The position numbers and the translations under genes were made by a program. The notes under the pieces are model-generated. The model searched no databases and had not been told where the DNA came from. It saw only the letters and a program-made list of their open reading frames with translations. This document shows, piece after piece, positions 36,409-45,522 of a stretch of 64,000 nt of DNA. Each line of letters starts with the position of its first letter. Position 1 is the stretch's first letter. The stretch is taken from contig DATELR010000211.1 in assembly GCA_035276345.1 (NCBI GenBank), positions 11,991 to 75,990 of the forward strand, read 5' to 3'. This stretch comes from Streptosporangiaceae bacterium (GTDB lineage Bacteria; Actinomycetota; Actinomycetes; Streptosporangiales; Streptosporangiaceae).

Positions 36409-37308
36409 TCATCGGGGCTTGCTGTCCAGGCAGCAGCGCACAAAATCTTGAATCACGGGGTTGGTGTCGGCGTCGGGCGGCCAGGCAATGGCGACCTCGC
36501 TGGCGCTGATGCCGGTGACAGGCCGGTACGTGATGCCCGGCCGCGCGTAGTAGCGGGCACCGGACTCCGGAGCAAGGGCGACGCCGTAGCCGTTGGCGAT
36601 CGCGGTCATCCAGTCATCGGGCTGGCCGGTCTGTGTGACTGCGCCAATGCGGACTGGGTGACCTTCCCGCTCGTCGGTGGCCAGCCACCAGTCGCGCCAG
36701 GCGCCGGTTTCGGCGGGGGCGGCGACGAACGGCTCATCCCACAACTCGGAGAAGGCGATGTGGTCGCGCTCGGCCAGGGGGTGGGAGGCTGGGAGCGCCA
36801 CCCAGCGCGGCTCGGCGAAAAGCACCTTGACTCGCAGGTTGTCCTGGCCGGGGAAGGGCAGCCGCAACAAGGCCACATCAACGTCGCTGTCGGCCAGTCC
36901 AGCAGTTGGGTCCAGCCAGGAGGCGGCCCGCATGTCTACCCGCCAGTCGGGTCGGCGGCGGGCGAAAGCCCCGATGATCTGCTGGGTGGCCTCATTCGCG
37001 GCACCGGCCAGGAATCCGACCCGCAGTATCCGGGCGGCCCGGCTGGCCGCGCTCTTAGCCTCACGCATTGCTTGGTCGAACCCTGCGAGCACGCCGGGCA
37101 GCCGGTCGGCCAGCTCCTGGCCTGCCGCAGTGAGGGACATCCCGGCTCGCGACCTTACGAACAGCGGCACCCCGAGCTGACTTTCCAGCTGCTTGATCTG
37201 CTTCGTCAGCGCCGGCTGCGAAACGAACAGTCGTTCCGCGGCACGGGTGAGGTTTCCTTCGACGGCGACGGCGGTGAAGTAGCGCAGCAGGCGGGTGTGC
37301 GTATCCAT
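36409..37308 (-). CDS. LysR-family transcriptional regulator
   Basis: The HTH region is LRYFTAVAVEGNLTRAAERLFVSQPALTKQIKQLESQLGVPLF. It has a LysR substrate-binding domain of the usual length. Confidence 0.92.
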   Translation of the reverse strand: MDTHTRLLRYFTAVAVEGNLTRAAERLFVSQPALTKQIKQLESQLGVPLFVRSRAGMSLTAAGQELADRLPGVLAGFDQAMREAKSAASRAARILRVGFLAGAANEATQQIIGAFARRRPDWRVDMRAASWLDPTAGLADSDVDVALLRLPFPGQDNLRVKVLFAEPRWVALPASHPLAERDHIAFSELWDEPFVAAPAETGAWRDWWLATDEREGHPVRIGAVTQTGQPDDWMTAIANGYGVALAPESGARYYARPGITYRPVTGISASEVAIAWPPDADTNPVIQDFVRCCLDSKPR

Positions 37309-37448
37309 TCCATCAGGTTATGGATAGAGGTATTGGACGGCTGGCTCAGCACCCGGCAAGGCTTGAACGTGGGCATGCAATCCGAGAACTAGGTCCTGGG
37401 ATCAGCGAGAACGGGACATTCCCGCCAGGGCCGGACAAGGAGTGAGAA

Positions 37449-37802
37449 GTGTTCGCCGCCTATTTGGTCGTCACCGTCGCGACGATCGTGGCCAACGCAT
37501 GGGCCGCTGCCGCCGACCTCGCGCAGCCTAAGTGGCTGCTCGCCAACATGGATGAGGTAGCTGTGCCGCGGTCCTGGCTGGCGCCGCTCGCAATCGTCAA
37601 AGGCGCAGGGGCCGCGGGGCTCCTGCTCGGGCTGCTAGGCGTGCGAGCACTCGGTGTTGCCGCAGCGATCGGGCTCGTAGTGTTCTTCGCCGGCGCCCTC
37701 GCTTCCCACGTGCGCGCCCACGCCTTCCACAACATCGCGGTCCCCGGCACATATTTGGTGCTGGCCATCTCATCCATGGCCCTCGCGGCCTCCGTCGATT
37801 GA
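37449..37802 (+). CDS. DoxX-family small membrane protein
   Basis: GTG follows AAGGAG. 117 aa with 4 TM helices. Divergent from the LysR gene. Confidence 0.7.
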   Translation: MFAAYLVVTVATIVANAWAAAADLAQPKWLLANMDEVAVPRSWLAPLAIVKGAGAAGLLLGLLGVRALGVAAAIGLVVFFAGALASHVRAHAFHNIAVPGTYLVLAISSMALAASVD

Positions 37803-37832
37803 CCGGCAGAAAAGGACCGGGCTCGCGCCACC

Positions 37833-38363
37833 TTAATCAGGCACGCCAAGGTCGGCGCGTGCCGCTGCGATGAGTTCCCGCTCGGCCTTGCCGAGCAGAG
37901 ATGTCAAGTCCGACAGTCGCGAGGCCATCACGTCCCGGCCCTCGGTACTCGGCATCTTGACCGCGGGCTTCCATGCTTGGGTAAATTCACGCAGCGCCGC
38001 AGCAATGGTGCTTGCTATCTCGCTTGCGCGAGCGCTCCCATCGAGCATTGCTGCTACGGCAACCGTCCGCAGCGGGTCAAATCGTTCGGCCAATCCGTCA
38101 GCCAGACCACGGAGCGCAGCGTCTCTCGAATGAGGACGGCTGACGGCCTCGGACAACTCGGCGCAGTGCAAGAGCGCATCGTTGACGTTTCTCAGCAGTT
38201 CCTCGTACAGCGGCCGGCGTTCGGCCGCTCGCTGAGCCGCTCGTTTGGCCGCCGCCTCATGTTTGCGTCGGCGGCCAGATGTGACCAATGTGAGGATGGC
38301 CGTGGCCTGGCTCGCAACTGCTCCGCCTATGGCGAGCAGTGCGCCAGTGATCAGCTGGTTCAA
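37833..38363 (-). CDS. Hypothetical N-terminal-TM plus helical protein (paralogue of 35612..36037)
   Basis: TTG start. Sequence is MNQLITGALLAIGGAVASQATAILTLVTSGRR...ERRPLYEELLRNV..., followed by an Ala/Leu-rich helical domain. Confidence 0.5.
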   Translation of the reverse strand: MNQLITGALLAIGGAVASQATAILTLVTSGRRRKHEAAAKRAAQRAAERRPLYEELLRNVNDALLHCAELSEAVSRPHSRDAALRGLADGLAERFDPLRTVAVAAMLDGSARASEIASTIAAALREFTQAWKPAVKMPSTEGRDVMASRLSDLTSLLGKAERELIAAARADLGVPD

Positions 38364-38437
38364 GGCGACTTCTCTCGCACCATTTCAGTCAGACTTGCTA
38401 TGTCGCGACCTACAAATGCCCACGAATCGCTAAAACA

Positions 38438-38749
38438 TTGCCGAACGTCAGATCGGATGCCTTGCGCACCGTTGAGCCTCCCGGTCGGGAACCCGGTCCG
38501 GAGCTGAGCTGGAGGTGCAGGGATGCGCACTATGCCGAAACCCTGAACTCCGTGATCGACGACCGTGAGGAGGTCATTGTGACTCGTGCCGGGCGCGACC
38601 CCGTCGTGATCGTGGCGCTGGACGACTACGAGTCGCTTCGTGAGACCGCCTACCTTCTGCGCAGCCCGGCTAACGCTCGCAGGCTGCTGGGCGCGATCGA
38701 CCGGCTAGAGAACGGCGCCGGTGAGGAGCACGAGCTGGACGAGCGGTGA
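38438..38749 (+). CDS. yefM: Phd/YefM-family antitoxin with an apparently disrupted N-terminus
   Basis: The body is AETLNSVIDDREEVIVTRAGRDPVVIVALDDYESLRETAYLLRSPANARRLL. The SD-linked ATG (38523, after GGAGG) is out of frame and stops after 7 codons. The only in-frame starts are TTG 38438 (no SD) and GTG 38552. Confidence 0.6.
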   Translation: MPNVRSDALRTVEPPGREPGPELSWRCRDAHYAETLNSVIDDREEVIVTRAGRDPVVIVALDDYESLRETAYLLRSPANARRLLGAIDRLENGAGEEHELDER

Positions 38750-39006
38750 AGCTCGTCTGGGACGAGTCGGCGTGGGACGACTACGTCTGGTGGCAGGTCC
38801 AGGACCGCAAGGTTCTCAAACGGATCAATACCCTGCTCAATGACATCGCTCGTAACGGCAACGAGGGCATCGGCAAGCCCGAGCCTCTCAAGCACGGCTT
38901 CCGCGGCTACTGGTTACGGCGTATCACCGACGAGCACCGGCTGATCTACAAGATCGTCGAGGGCGAGATCCGGATCGCCCAGTGCCGCTATCAATACGGC
39001 GATTAG
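38746..39006 (+). CDS. yoeB: YoeB/Txe-family toxin (catalytic His position reads Gln)
   Basis: GTG overlaps the yefM stop (GTGA). Sequence is MKLVWDESAWDDYVWWQ...GKPEPLKH...WLRRITDEHRLIYKI...AQCRYQYGD. E. coli YoeB ends in CRYHY. Confidence 0.88.
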   Translation: MKLVWDESAWDDYVWWQVQDRKVLKRINTLLNDIARNGNEGIGKPEPLKHGFRGYWLRRITDEHRLIYKIVEGEIRIAQCRYQYGD

Positions 39007-39021
39007 TACGGCTGGCGTAGG

Positions 39022-41139
39022 TCAGCCGGTCGTCGGGTGGGTCGGCGTACTTCCGTTAGGGAGCAGCAGGTCGAACCCATCCGGAGTGTTGAGCCTGCCG
39101 GTCCGGGTTCCGGGTCTGCCGATGACTCCGTACTGCCAGACGAGTGCTTTGGTCGAGGGATCGATGGCGACCATGCGGTCGTTGTAGTCGTCGTTAACCA
39201 TGAACACGCCGCTGGGCAGCATCTCGGCCAGCGAGGGGTGATCAAGCTTTCCCGGTCCGGACGACGGGTGGTAGCGATACAAGATCTGACCCTTGTGGTT
39301 GAACTCGATGATCTGGCCGGGCGAGGCATAATCGGCGATGAGATAACGGTCAGGACCTAGTTGCTGCGGGTCCGATGGGTAACTGATTGGCAGCTGCGTC
39401 GTCCAGACCAATCTGCCCTGCAAGGTGTACTCGCTCACCCACGACCCGTTGATCTCAGAGATCAGCAGGTTGCCGTTGGCCAGCGGCGTATCTCCGTTAG
39501 GTGATCCCATCGAAGCCGGCGGGTGGTGAATGCACACGCCGTTGGTGCCAATCTGATCGGCCACCGTGCCGTTCCGGTTAAGCACGAGCACCCGGCAGTT
39601 GACCGCGTCAGCCACGGTGATCTGGCCGTTCCTGAGCAGGTAAGCGTCATCCGGCTCGTGCAAGTACCCCCTTGCGGTCCCTGGCTGACGCGGATGGCCG
39701 TAAGACCAGAGGATCTTGCCCGAGGGGTAGCCGATCTTGACGATCGTGTCGTTCTGCTCCTGGTTCGACAAGATGGCCGTGCCATGATCGGTGAAGAACG
39801 CGTCGTCGGGGAAGTAGAAATGCAGCGGATCCTTCCGGGTCTTCGCTGAGGGGTACTTCCACACGACACGCATGCGGTCGTTCATGAAGAGCAGCCGATT
39901 ATTGCCGCGGTCGGCGATGAGCAGTTTGGACCCGAAAAATGGAGAGCCCGCGCCTGGTGCGCCTGCGGTACCGAAAGCCTGGTTAGGGCGGAACATCTGG
40001 ACCGAACTCTGCAGCGCCCCTCCTGACTCACCCCCGAGGATCCAGGCGGTCGATCCGATCACGGCGACACCAGCATGCGATACAGGCACCTGAAGATTGC
40101 CTGCGCGCAGCACGCGATTCGTTGCCGGATCGAAGGCCCAGATCGCTCCGACTGTCGAAGAAGATGACGAAGTCCGGCCCGGCTTCAGCTGCGTCGTCCC
40201 GAGGCCCGCCCTCGTCGGTCGCGCCTTCGTGGTGTCGCCGCCAGCCACGAAGAGCTCGTTGTTCAGCGTGACGGCCAGGGCTCCGGCGATGGGCTCTGGG
40301 AGGTGCCCGATGACTCTGACGGTGTGCCGGACTGGGTCAATCGCCTGGATGGTATCCACCGCCGCGCCGGCATGGGGACCAACGACCGCCTGCCCGCCGA
40401 AGACATAGATCCGCCCGCCGAGCGCGGCGACTGCCGGATAGCGCACGGGCGCGCGGAGCGTGGCGACCGTGCTGAATCGCCTGCCGTCTTTAGTCGCAAG
40501 CACGGCCGCATCAGGCCGCGCGCCGTCATAGCCGCCTACGACGTACGCGGTGTTGCCAATGGTCACCGCGTCGGCATCCGAGCGGCGCATCGGCATCGAG
40601 CCTGTTGCGACCCCGCGGGAACGGCCGGACGGACGGTGCAGGCTGAATGCCTGGACTGTGGCGACACTGGCTTGTGAACCACCGCCGAAGACCAGGGCGC
40701 GCCCGCCGACCGCAGCTACCCCGGCGTCGTGGACTGGGGCCGCGAGGGAGCCCATGTATTGAGTTGCGCCCGTAGCAGTGCGGATGGCGTTCACGCTGCT
40801 CGTCGACGCGCCACTGGCCAAGAGCCCGCCGAGAATGACCAGCCGCTTCCGTGAACCTGCTGTGACAACCTCCCGGCTGATCGGAGCGGCCAGGTGCCAT
40901 GGCAGCAGGCCAGCTTCGGCCGCTGCTAGCACGTGCCGGGTGACCGTAGTTCGTCTGTGCGGATGGGCCGGTGCCCGATTGGTGGTGACCTTGGCGGAAC
41001 GGCTCATGAACAGGCCCGCGAGGATTACGCCGAAGACGACGAAGACGGCAAGCGTAGTGATCACTACGGCGTAGCCGCGTTTGCCGCGCCGTCTGGCCCG
41101 TGCCGCGGGCCGCTGCGGAGGGTACCGGCGGTTAGTCAT
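39022..41139 (-). CDS. Membrane-anchored double beta-propeller protein (N-terminal Kelch-like repeats, C-terminal NHL/ASST-like repeats)
   Basis: Has a TM anchor (YAVVITTLAVFVVFGVILAGLF). Kelch-like units include VGGRALVFGGG, NTAYVVGGYDG and LGGRIYVFGG. C-terminal repeats include LLIADRGNNRLLFM, ITVADAVNCRVLVL and NDDYNDRMVAIDP. Confidence 0.7.
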   Translation of the reverse strand: MTNRRYPPQRPAARARRRGKRGYAVVITTLAVFVVFGVILAGLFMSRSAKVTTNRAPAHPHRRTTVTRHVLAAAEAGLLPWHLAAPISREVVTAGSRKRLVILGGLLASGASTSSVNAIRTATGATQYMGSLAAPVHDAGVAAVGGRALVFGGGSQASVATVQAFSLHRPSGRSRGVATGSMPMRRSDADAVTIGNTAYVVGGYDGARPDAAVLATKDGRRFSTVATLRAPVRYPAVAALGGRIYVFGGQAVVGPHAGAAVDTIQAIDPVRHTVRVIGHLPEPIAGALAVTLNNELFVAGGDTTKARPTRAGLGTTQLKPGRTSSSSSTVGAIWAFDPATNRVLRAGNLQVPVSHAGVAVIGSTAWILGGESGGALQSSVQMFRPNQAFGTAGAPGAGSPFFGSKLLIADRGNNRLLFMNDRMRVVWKYPSAKTRKDPLHFYFPDDAFFTDHGTAILSNQEQNDTIVKIGYPSGKILWSYGHPRQPGTARGYLHEPDDAYLLRNGQITVADAVNCRVLVLNRNGTVADQIGTNGVCIHHPPASMGSPNGDTPLANGNLLISEINGSWVSEYTLQGRLVWTTQLPISYPSDPQQLGPDRYLIADYASPGQIIEFNHKGQILYRYHPSSGPGKLDHPSLAEMLPSGVFMVNDDYNDRMVAIDPSTKALVWQYGVIGRPGTRTGRLNTPDGFDLLLPNGSTPTHPTTG

Positions 41140-41345
41140 TCGCTGCGGACTCGTCGGTCACGGCTGCATCACCTCAAGATCTTGGAAGGCAAACTCAGCC
41201 AGCCGACGCGGAGACGGGCCGAGGCGGCCTGGACAGGCGGCTGGTTCGACAACCCGCAGTTGGATGCTAGTTTCCGCGGTGCCTCCATTATCGGCCGGTT
41301 TAGCACCTCTTAACTCTTGGGCCGGCCGTCGTCCGGGCGCTGAGG

Positions 41346-42227
41346 CTAGCGGCTGCTGGATCGACCGCCTGGCGCGAAGAAGTCGGTGAGCAGGTCGTTG
41401 ACGGTCTCCGCCTCATCGTGGTGCACCCAGTGGGACGCCTCGTGCAGGCGCTCGACGCGGTCCAGGTTCGGCACGTCGTCGTGGTCGGGCTCTGCCAGAT
41501 CTTGGCCGAGGTAGCGATCGCGCTGCCCCCAGATGACCAGAGTGGGCGCATGGACCGGGCGAAGCTGCGCCTCCGGATCCTTCTGTCGCACCGACGACCG
41601 GTAGTAGTTGATCATTGCTGTGGCTGCACCGGGCTGGGACCACGAGTCGACGTAGCGGTCCATCTCGGCCGCCGTATAAGCAGGGTGAGCGTCGCGCAGG
41701 AAATGCCGGAAGAAGCGCCAGTGGTCGGCGTGCACGATGCTTTCGGGCAGCTCAGGAAGGTCAAAGAAGAAGAAGTACCAGGACTTGCGAAGCTGACCAG
41801 GGTGGTGCAGTCCCTGCAGCAGCTTCCGCGGATGCGCCGCGTTCAAGATGGCTAGCCGATCCACGACCTCAGGGTGGTTCATCGCGGTCGCCCACGCGGC
41901 GGTGCCGCCCCAGTCGTGGCCGACCAGCATCGCTGACTGGGCACCGCGTTCGTGGATGAGACCGCGGATGTCGTCGGCGAGCGGGCCGGTGTCATAGGCG
42001 TCGACGCTCTCCGGCTTCGACGACAGGTTGTAGCCGCGCATGTCGGGAGCGACGACGCGGAATCCGGCATCTGCGAGCGGCTTGATCTGCAGCCGCCAGC
42101 CGTACCAGAACTCAGGGAAGCCGTGCAGCAGAACGATCAGCGGTCCCTCGCCGGCCTCGACGTAGTGCAAACTCTGGTCGCCGACGCTGGCGTAACCCTC
42201 GCGTAGTTCGGTGCCTTCGTCCATCAT
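41346..42227 (-). CDS. Alpha/beta hydrolase (epoxide hydrolase / haloalkane dehalogenase-like)
   Basis: Sequence features are LIVLLHGFPEFWYGWRLQI...APDMRGYNLS... The nucleophile elbow is GHDWGG. Confidence 0.85.
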   Translation of the reverse strand: MMDEGTELREGYASVGDQSLHYVEAGEGPLIVLLHGFPEFWYGWRLQIKPLADAGFRVVAPDMRGYNLSSKPESVDAYDTGPLADDIRGLIHERGAQSAMLVGHDWGGTAAWATAMNHPEVVDRLAILNAAHPRKLLQGLHHPGQLRKSWYFFFFDLPELPESIVHADHWRFFRHFLRDAHPAYTAAEMDRYVDSWSQPGAATAMINYYRSSVRQKDPEAQLRPVHAPTLVIWGQRDRYLGQDLAEPDHDDVPNLDRVERLHEASHWVHHDEAETVNDLLTDFFAPGGRSSSR

Positions 42228-42395
42228 CGCTGCCCCCCGGCCGAGCTGATTTCCAGGTGCCGGTCATGCCCCCAAACCGGCCGCTTCAACCCGCACGCGG
42301 GCGGTGACCGGCGCGATCGGCATTTCCGATAACGAGCTATTTGGGATGCGGCGGCGGCTACTCAAGGTGGTCGGCCAGACTGGCAGCATGCATGG

Positions 42396-43592
42396 TTGCC
42401 GCGCGTGACCGACACTGTCACGCCTACCGGCGCAGTACTGACGCGCTGGCGCTGGACGATCACCGCCGCGTTCGGGCTGGGCGGGATAACCGTCTCAGCG
42501 TGGGGGCCGCGGCTTCCGGCGATCAAGGCCGCTCTTGGCATCGGCACGGCCACGATCGGGTTGCTCCTGGCCGGAGTTACGGTCGGCGCCATCCTCGGCC
42601 TGCTCGCCTCCACGCCGACACTGCACTGGCTGGGTGGCCGCCGGGCGATCGTCGGTGCGCTGCTGCTCATCGCTGGCGCGATGACGGCGATGGGCCTGGC
42701 CCTGATCGTTGCCTCAGTTCCGTTCCTGGCGGCCGCGCTCGTGCTGGCGGGCTTCGGGATCGGCCTTCTCGATGTGCTGATCAACGTGGATGGCGCCGCG
42801 GTGGAACGAGCCGTCGGCCGCACGGTCATGCCCATGATGCACGCGGCCTGGTCGATCGGGGCCGCCGCCGGGTCGGGGATCGGCGCCGCATGCGCGGCGC
42901 TTGGTGTGTCGCCTTCGGGGCAGTTCATCGCCGAGGCCGCCCTCATCGGCGCGGCGGCACTGGCCGGAGCGACGGGAATCCCTGGCGGGAACCGTGCGCC
43001 CGCCGCGGAGCCAGAGCAGGGCCGTCGGGCCAAGCTCCGCCAGTGGCTGCACGGCTGGCTGGACTGGCGGCTCTTGCTGATCGGCGTCGTCATGCTGGGT
43101 GCCGAGCTCGGCGAAGGTTCGGCAAATAGCTGGCTCACGCTGGCAGTGCGATCCGATCACGGGCAGACCGCCGCGGTCGCCGCGTTGTTCTTCACCGCTT
43201 TCGCGGCGGGGGAGGCGCTGACACGGATCCTCGGCGGACCCGTCGTCGATCGCCTCGGGCGCGTCAATACCATCCGCGTCACGTCGGTAGTGGGCGTCAT
43301 CGGCGTGGTGCTGTTCATAGCGGCCGGGAATCAGTGGATCGTCCTGGCCGGCGTTCTGCTCTGGTCGGTCGGCGTCTCGATGGGCTTCCCGCTCGGCATG
43401 TCCGCAGCAGCCGAGAGCGGTCCCGACCCGGCTGCACGGGTCAGCGTTGTCGCCTCCATCGGCTACTTTGCCAACCTCGCTGGACCGCCTGCCATCGGAT
43501 TGCTTGCCGAATCCGCCGGGCTCCTGCACGCCCTGTGGCTCATCGTGGCCCTGTTCCTCGCCGCTTTCGCCGCGGCAAGGGCGCTTAGGTAA
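42396..43592 (+). CDS. MFS transporter
   Basis: About 12 TM helices over 398 aa. The start is TTG 42396 or GTG 42405. Stop is TAA 43590-43592. Confidence 0.8.
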   Translation: MPRVTDTVTPTGAVLTRWRWTITAAFGLGGITVSAWGPRLPAIKAALGIGTATIGLLLAGVTVGAILGLLASTPTLHWLGGRRAIVGALLLIAGAMTAMGLALIVASVPFLAAALVLAGFGIGLLDVLINVDGAAVERAVGRTVMPMMHAAWSIGAAAGSGIGAACAALGVSPSGQFIAEAALIGAAALAGATGIPGGNRAPAAEPEQGRRAKLRQWLHGWLDWRLLLIGVVMLGAELGEGSANSWLTLAVRSDHGQTAAVAALFFTAFAAGEALTRILGGPVVDRLGRVNTIRVTSVVGVIGVVLFIAAGNQWIVLAGVLLWSVGVSMGFPLGMSAAAESGPDPAARVSVVASIGYFANLAGPPAIGLLAESAGLLHALWLIVALFLAAFAAARALR

Positions 43593-43617
43593 CCCGAGCT
43601 ACGAGCATGCTTCGACA

Positions 43618-45057
43618 ATGACGGGAACGCGTGTGCGCAGTCTGCGGCGCGGTGAACTGGAGCCGCTGGCAGATCTCATCGAGCAGCTGGGGCTGACCGG
43701 GCATTTCACGGGAGATGCCGTCGTGCACGGCGACGATCCCGTTATCCGCTCGCCGCACCGGCTCGGTGCGGCGTCTTGCACCGCCCACCTGCTCATCGGG
43801 GTCGCCGGCGCGGCAATCTGGGAAGCACGCTCCGGCACGCGCACCGACATGTCCATGGACATCATCCACGCGCTGCACCACCTGCACCCGACTCACTATG
43901 TCGAGCATTCGGGCTACCCGAGCAACGTCGGAGCCGAGTTCGTGGCCGTGAACGGTGTCTTCCCGACTCGCGATGGCGGCTACGTCATGACCGAGGCCGG
44001 TCCGCCGTACCAGAAGCTGCTCACCGGGTACCTCAACTTCTTCGACTGCGGTAACAGCAAGCACTCCTTCGCGCGAGAAATCGCCAAGTGGAACGCTGAG
44101 GATCTCGAGGAGGCGCTGACGGACGCTGGCCTCCCGGCCGCACGGGCGTTCACCGCCGAGGAGTGGCTCGCGCATCCCCAGGGCAAGGCACTCGCCGAAA
44201 CACCGCCGATCGAGATCGTGAAGATAGCCGAGGGCGAACCTGTTCCCTTCATGGAGAACGGGGACTCTCCGCTGGACGGCGTGCGAGTGCTGGACTTCAC
44301 GCACGTGCTCGCCGGGCCCCGGAGCGCTCGCACGCTCGCCGAGTACGGAGCCGACGTGCTCCACATCAGTTCGCCGTGGTTCGCGGACACCCTCCCGCAG
44401 CACCTCGGCGTCGATACCGGCAAGTACGACGCGTACCTCGACCTGCGCGACGAAAAGGACATGGCAACCATGTGGCAACTGGCCAGCACTGCCGACGTGT
44501 TCGCCTCCAGTTACCGGCCCGCGGTGAACGAGCGGTTCGGCTTGCTGCCGGGCCGGCTCGCCGCCGCGAGCGAACGCGGGATCGTCTGCATGTCGGCTAA
44601 CGCATACGGGCATTCCGGCCCCTGGAAAGACCGGCCTGGATTCGACCAGAACGGGCAGACGGCGTCCGGATTCGCGATGACCGAAGGCCAGGGCGGTCCG
44701 CCTAAGTTCTCGCCGGTCTTCTACCTCGGCGACCTGATGGCGGGGTACTTCGCGGCAGCCGGGATGATGGCGGCGCTGCACCGGCGCGCCATCGAAGGAG
44801 GCTCATACCAGGTAAAGGTGTCGCTGACCCGCAGCATCATGTGGGTTCAGAACCTCGGCTTGCTCGACGTCGCCGGTCAGGGCGAGGTGCCCGACACCGA
44901 TTCATACCAGGCGCAGACGGTCTCCTTCGACACCGTCTACGGCACCGTCACCGCGCTGGCGCCGCCTCTGACGTTCAGCAACCTCACCCTGCCGATGACG
45001 GACCGCCTCGTTCCGTACGGCGCGGACCCTGCGTCTTGGCCGTCCCCTTCCCGCTGA
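43618..45057 (+). CDS. Family III CoA-transferase (CaiB/BaiF type)
   Basis: ATG 43618. Has the motif GVRVLDFTHVLAGPRSARTLAEYGADVLHISSP. The ORF-track start at 43447 overlaps the MFS gene. Confidence 0.82.
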   Translation: MTGTRVRSLRRGELEPLADLIEQLGLTGHFTGDAVVHGDDPVIRSPHRLGAASCTAHLLIGVAGAAIWEARSGTRTDMSMDIIHALHHLHPTHYVEHSGYPSNVGAEFVAVNGVFPTRDGGYVMTEAGPPYQKLLTGYLNFFDCGNSKHSFAREIAKWNAEDLEEALTDAGLPAARAFTAEEWLAHPQGKALAETPPIEIVKIAEGEPVPFMENGDSPLDGVRVLDFTHVLAGPRSARTLAEYGADVLHISSPWFADTLPQHLGVDTGKYDAYLDLRDEKDMATMWQLASTADVFASSYRPAVNERFGLLPGRLAAASERGIVCMSANAYGHSGPWKDRPGFDQNGQTASGFAMTEGQGGPPKFSPVFYLGDLMAGYFAAAGMMAALHRRAIEGGSYQVKVSLTRSIMWVQNLGLLDVAGQGEVPDTDSYQAQTVSFDTVYGTVTALAPPLTFSNLTLPMTDRLVPYGADPASWPSPSR

Positions 45058-45102
45058 CCGCGGGTCGCCGTCGGCGACGACTATTGCCGATAGCCTGCCT
45101 GT

Positions 45103-45522
45103 ATGCGCAGGGGCCTCGCAATGGACGATCTGGGAGACCTGGCCGAACTTGGCCTGCTGGCAGTTCTGGCGACGTACCGGCGCGACGGCACCGTGCTGTT
45201 GTCTCCCGTTTGGCACGAATGGCTTGACGGCGGCTTCAACGTGGTAACTGGCAGCCGCGATGTGAAGGCGGCGCACCTGCGCAGGGATCCGCGAACCAGC
45301 ATTGTGGTGTGCGAGCATTCCCCGCCCTATCGCGGGGTTGAGCTCCGCTGTCACGCACAACTGCTCACGGTGGGCGTCGACGACGCAGTGCTGCGGATCG
45401 CGTCCCGTTACCTGGGCCGTGAAGCTGGCGCTGCTTATGCCGCGACGGCTGCGGACGACCTTCTCATCCGCCTGGAACCAGGTGAGCTGCGGGCTTGGGA
45501 TTTCGCTGATCAGATCCTGTGA
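45103..45522 (+). CDS. PPOX-class (pyridoxamine 5'-phosphate oxidase-like) probable F420-dependent enzyme
   Basis: Sequence features are LLAVLATYRRDGTVLLSPVWHEW...DPRTSIVV...GVELRCHAQL. Confidence 0.7.
   Translation: MRRGLAMDDLGDLAELGLLAVLATYRRDGTVLLSPVWHEWLDGGFNVVTGSRDVKAAHLRRDPRTSIVVCEHSPPYRGVELRCHAQLLTVGVDDAVLRIASRYLGREAGAAYAATAADDLLIRLEPGELRAWDFADQIL

Noticed and set aside
33165-41345. Searched for a direct repeat of the tRNA-Ala 3' end (att site), an integrase or a transposase that would define an integrated element.
   Set aside because: I found none by eye. The nearest resemblance (TTAGCACCTCT near 41300) is too weak. I therefore describe the region only as patchy, not as a mobile element.
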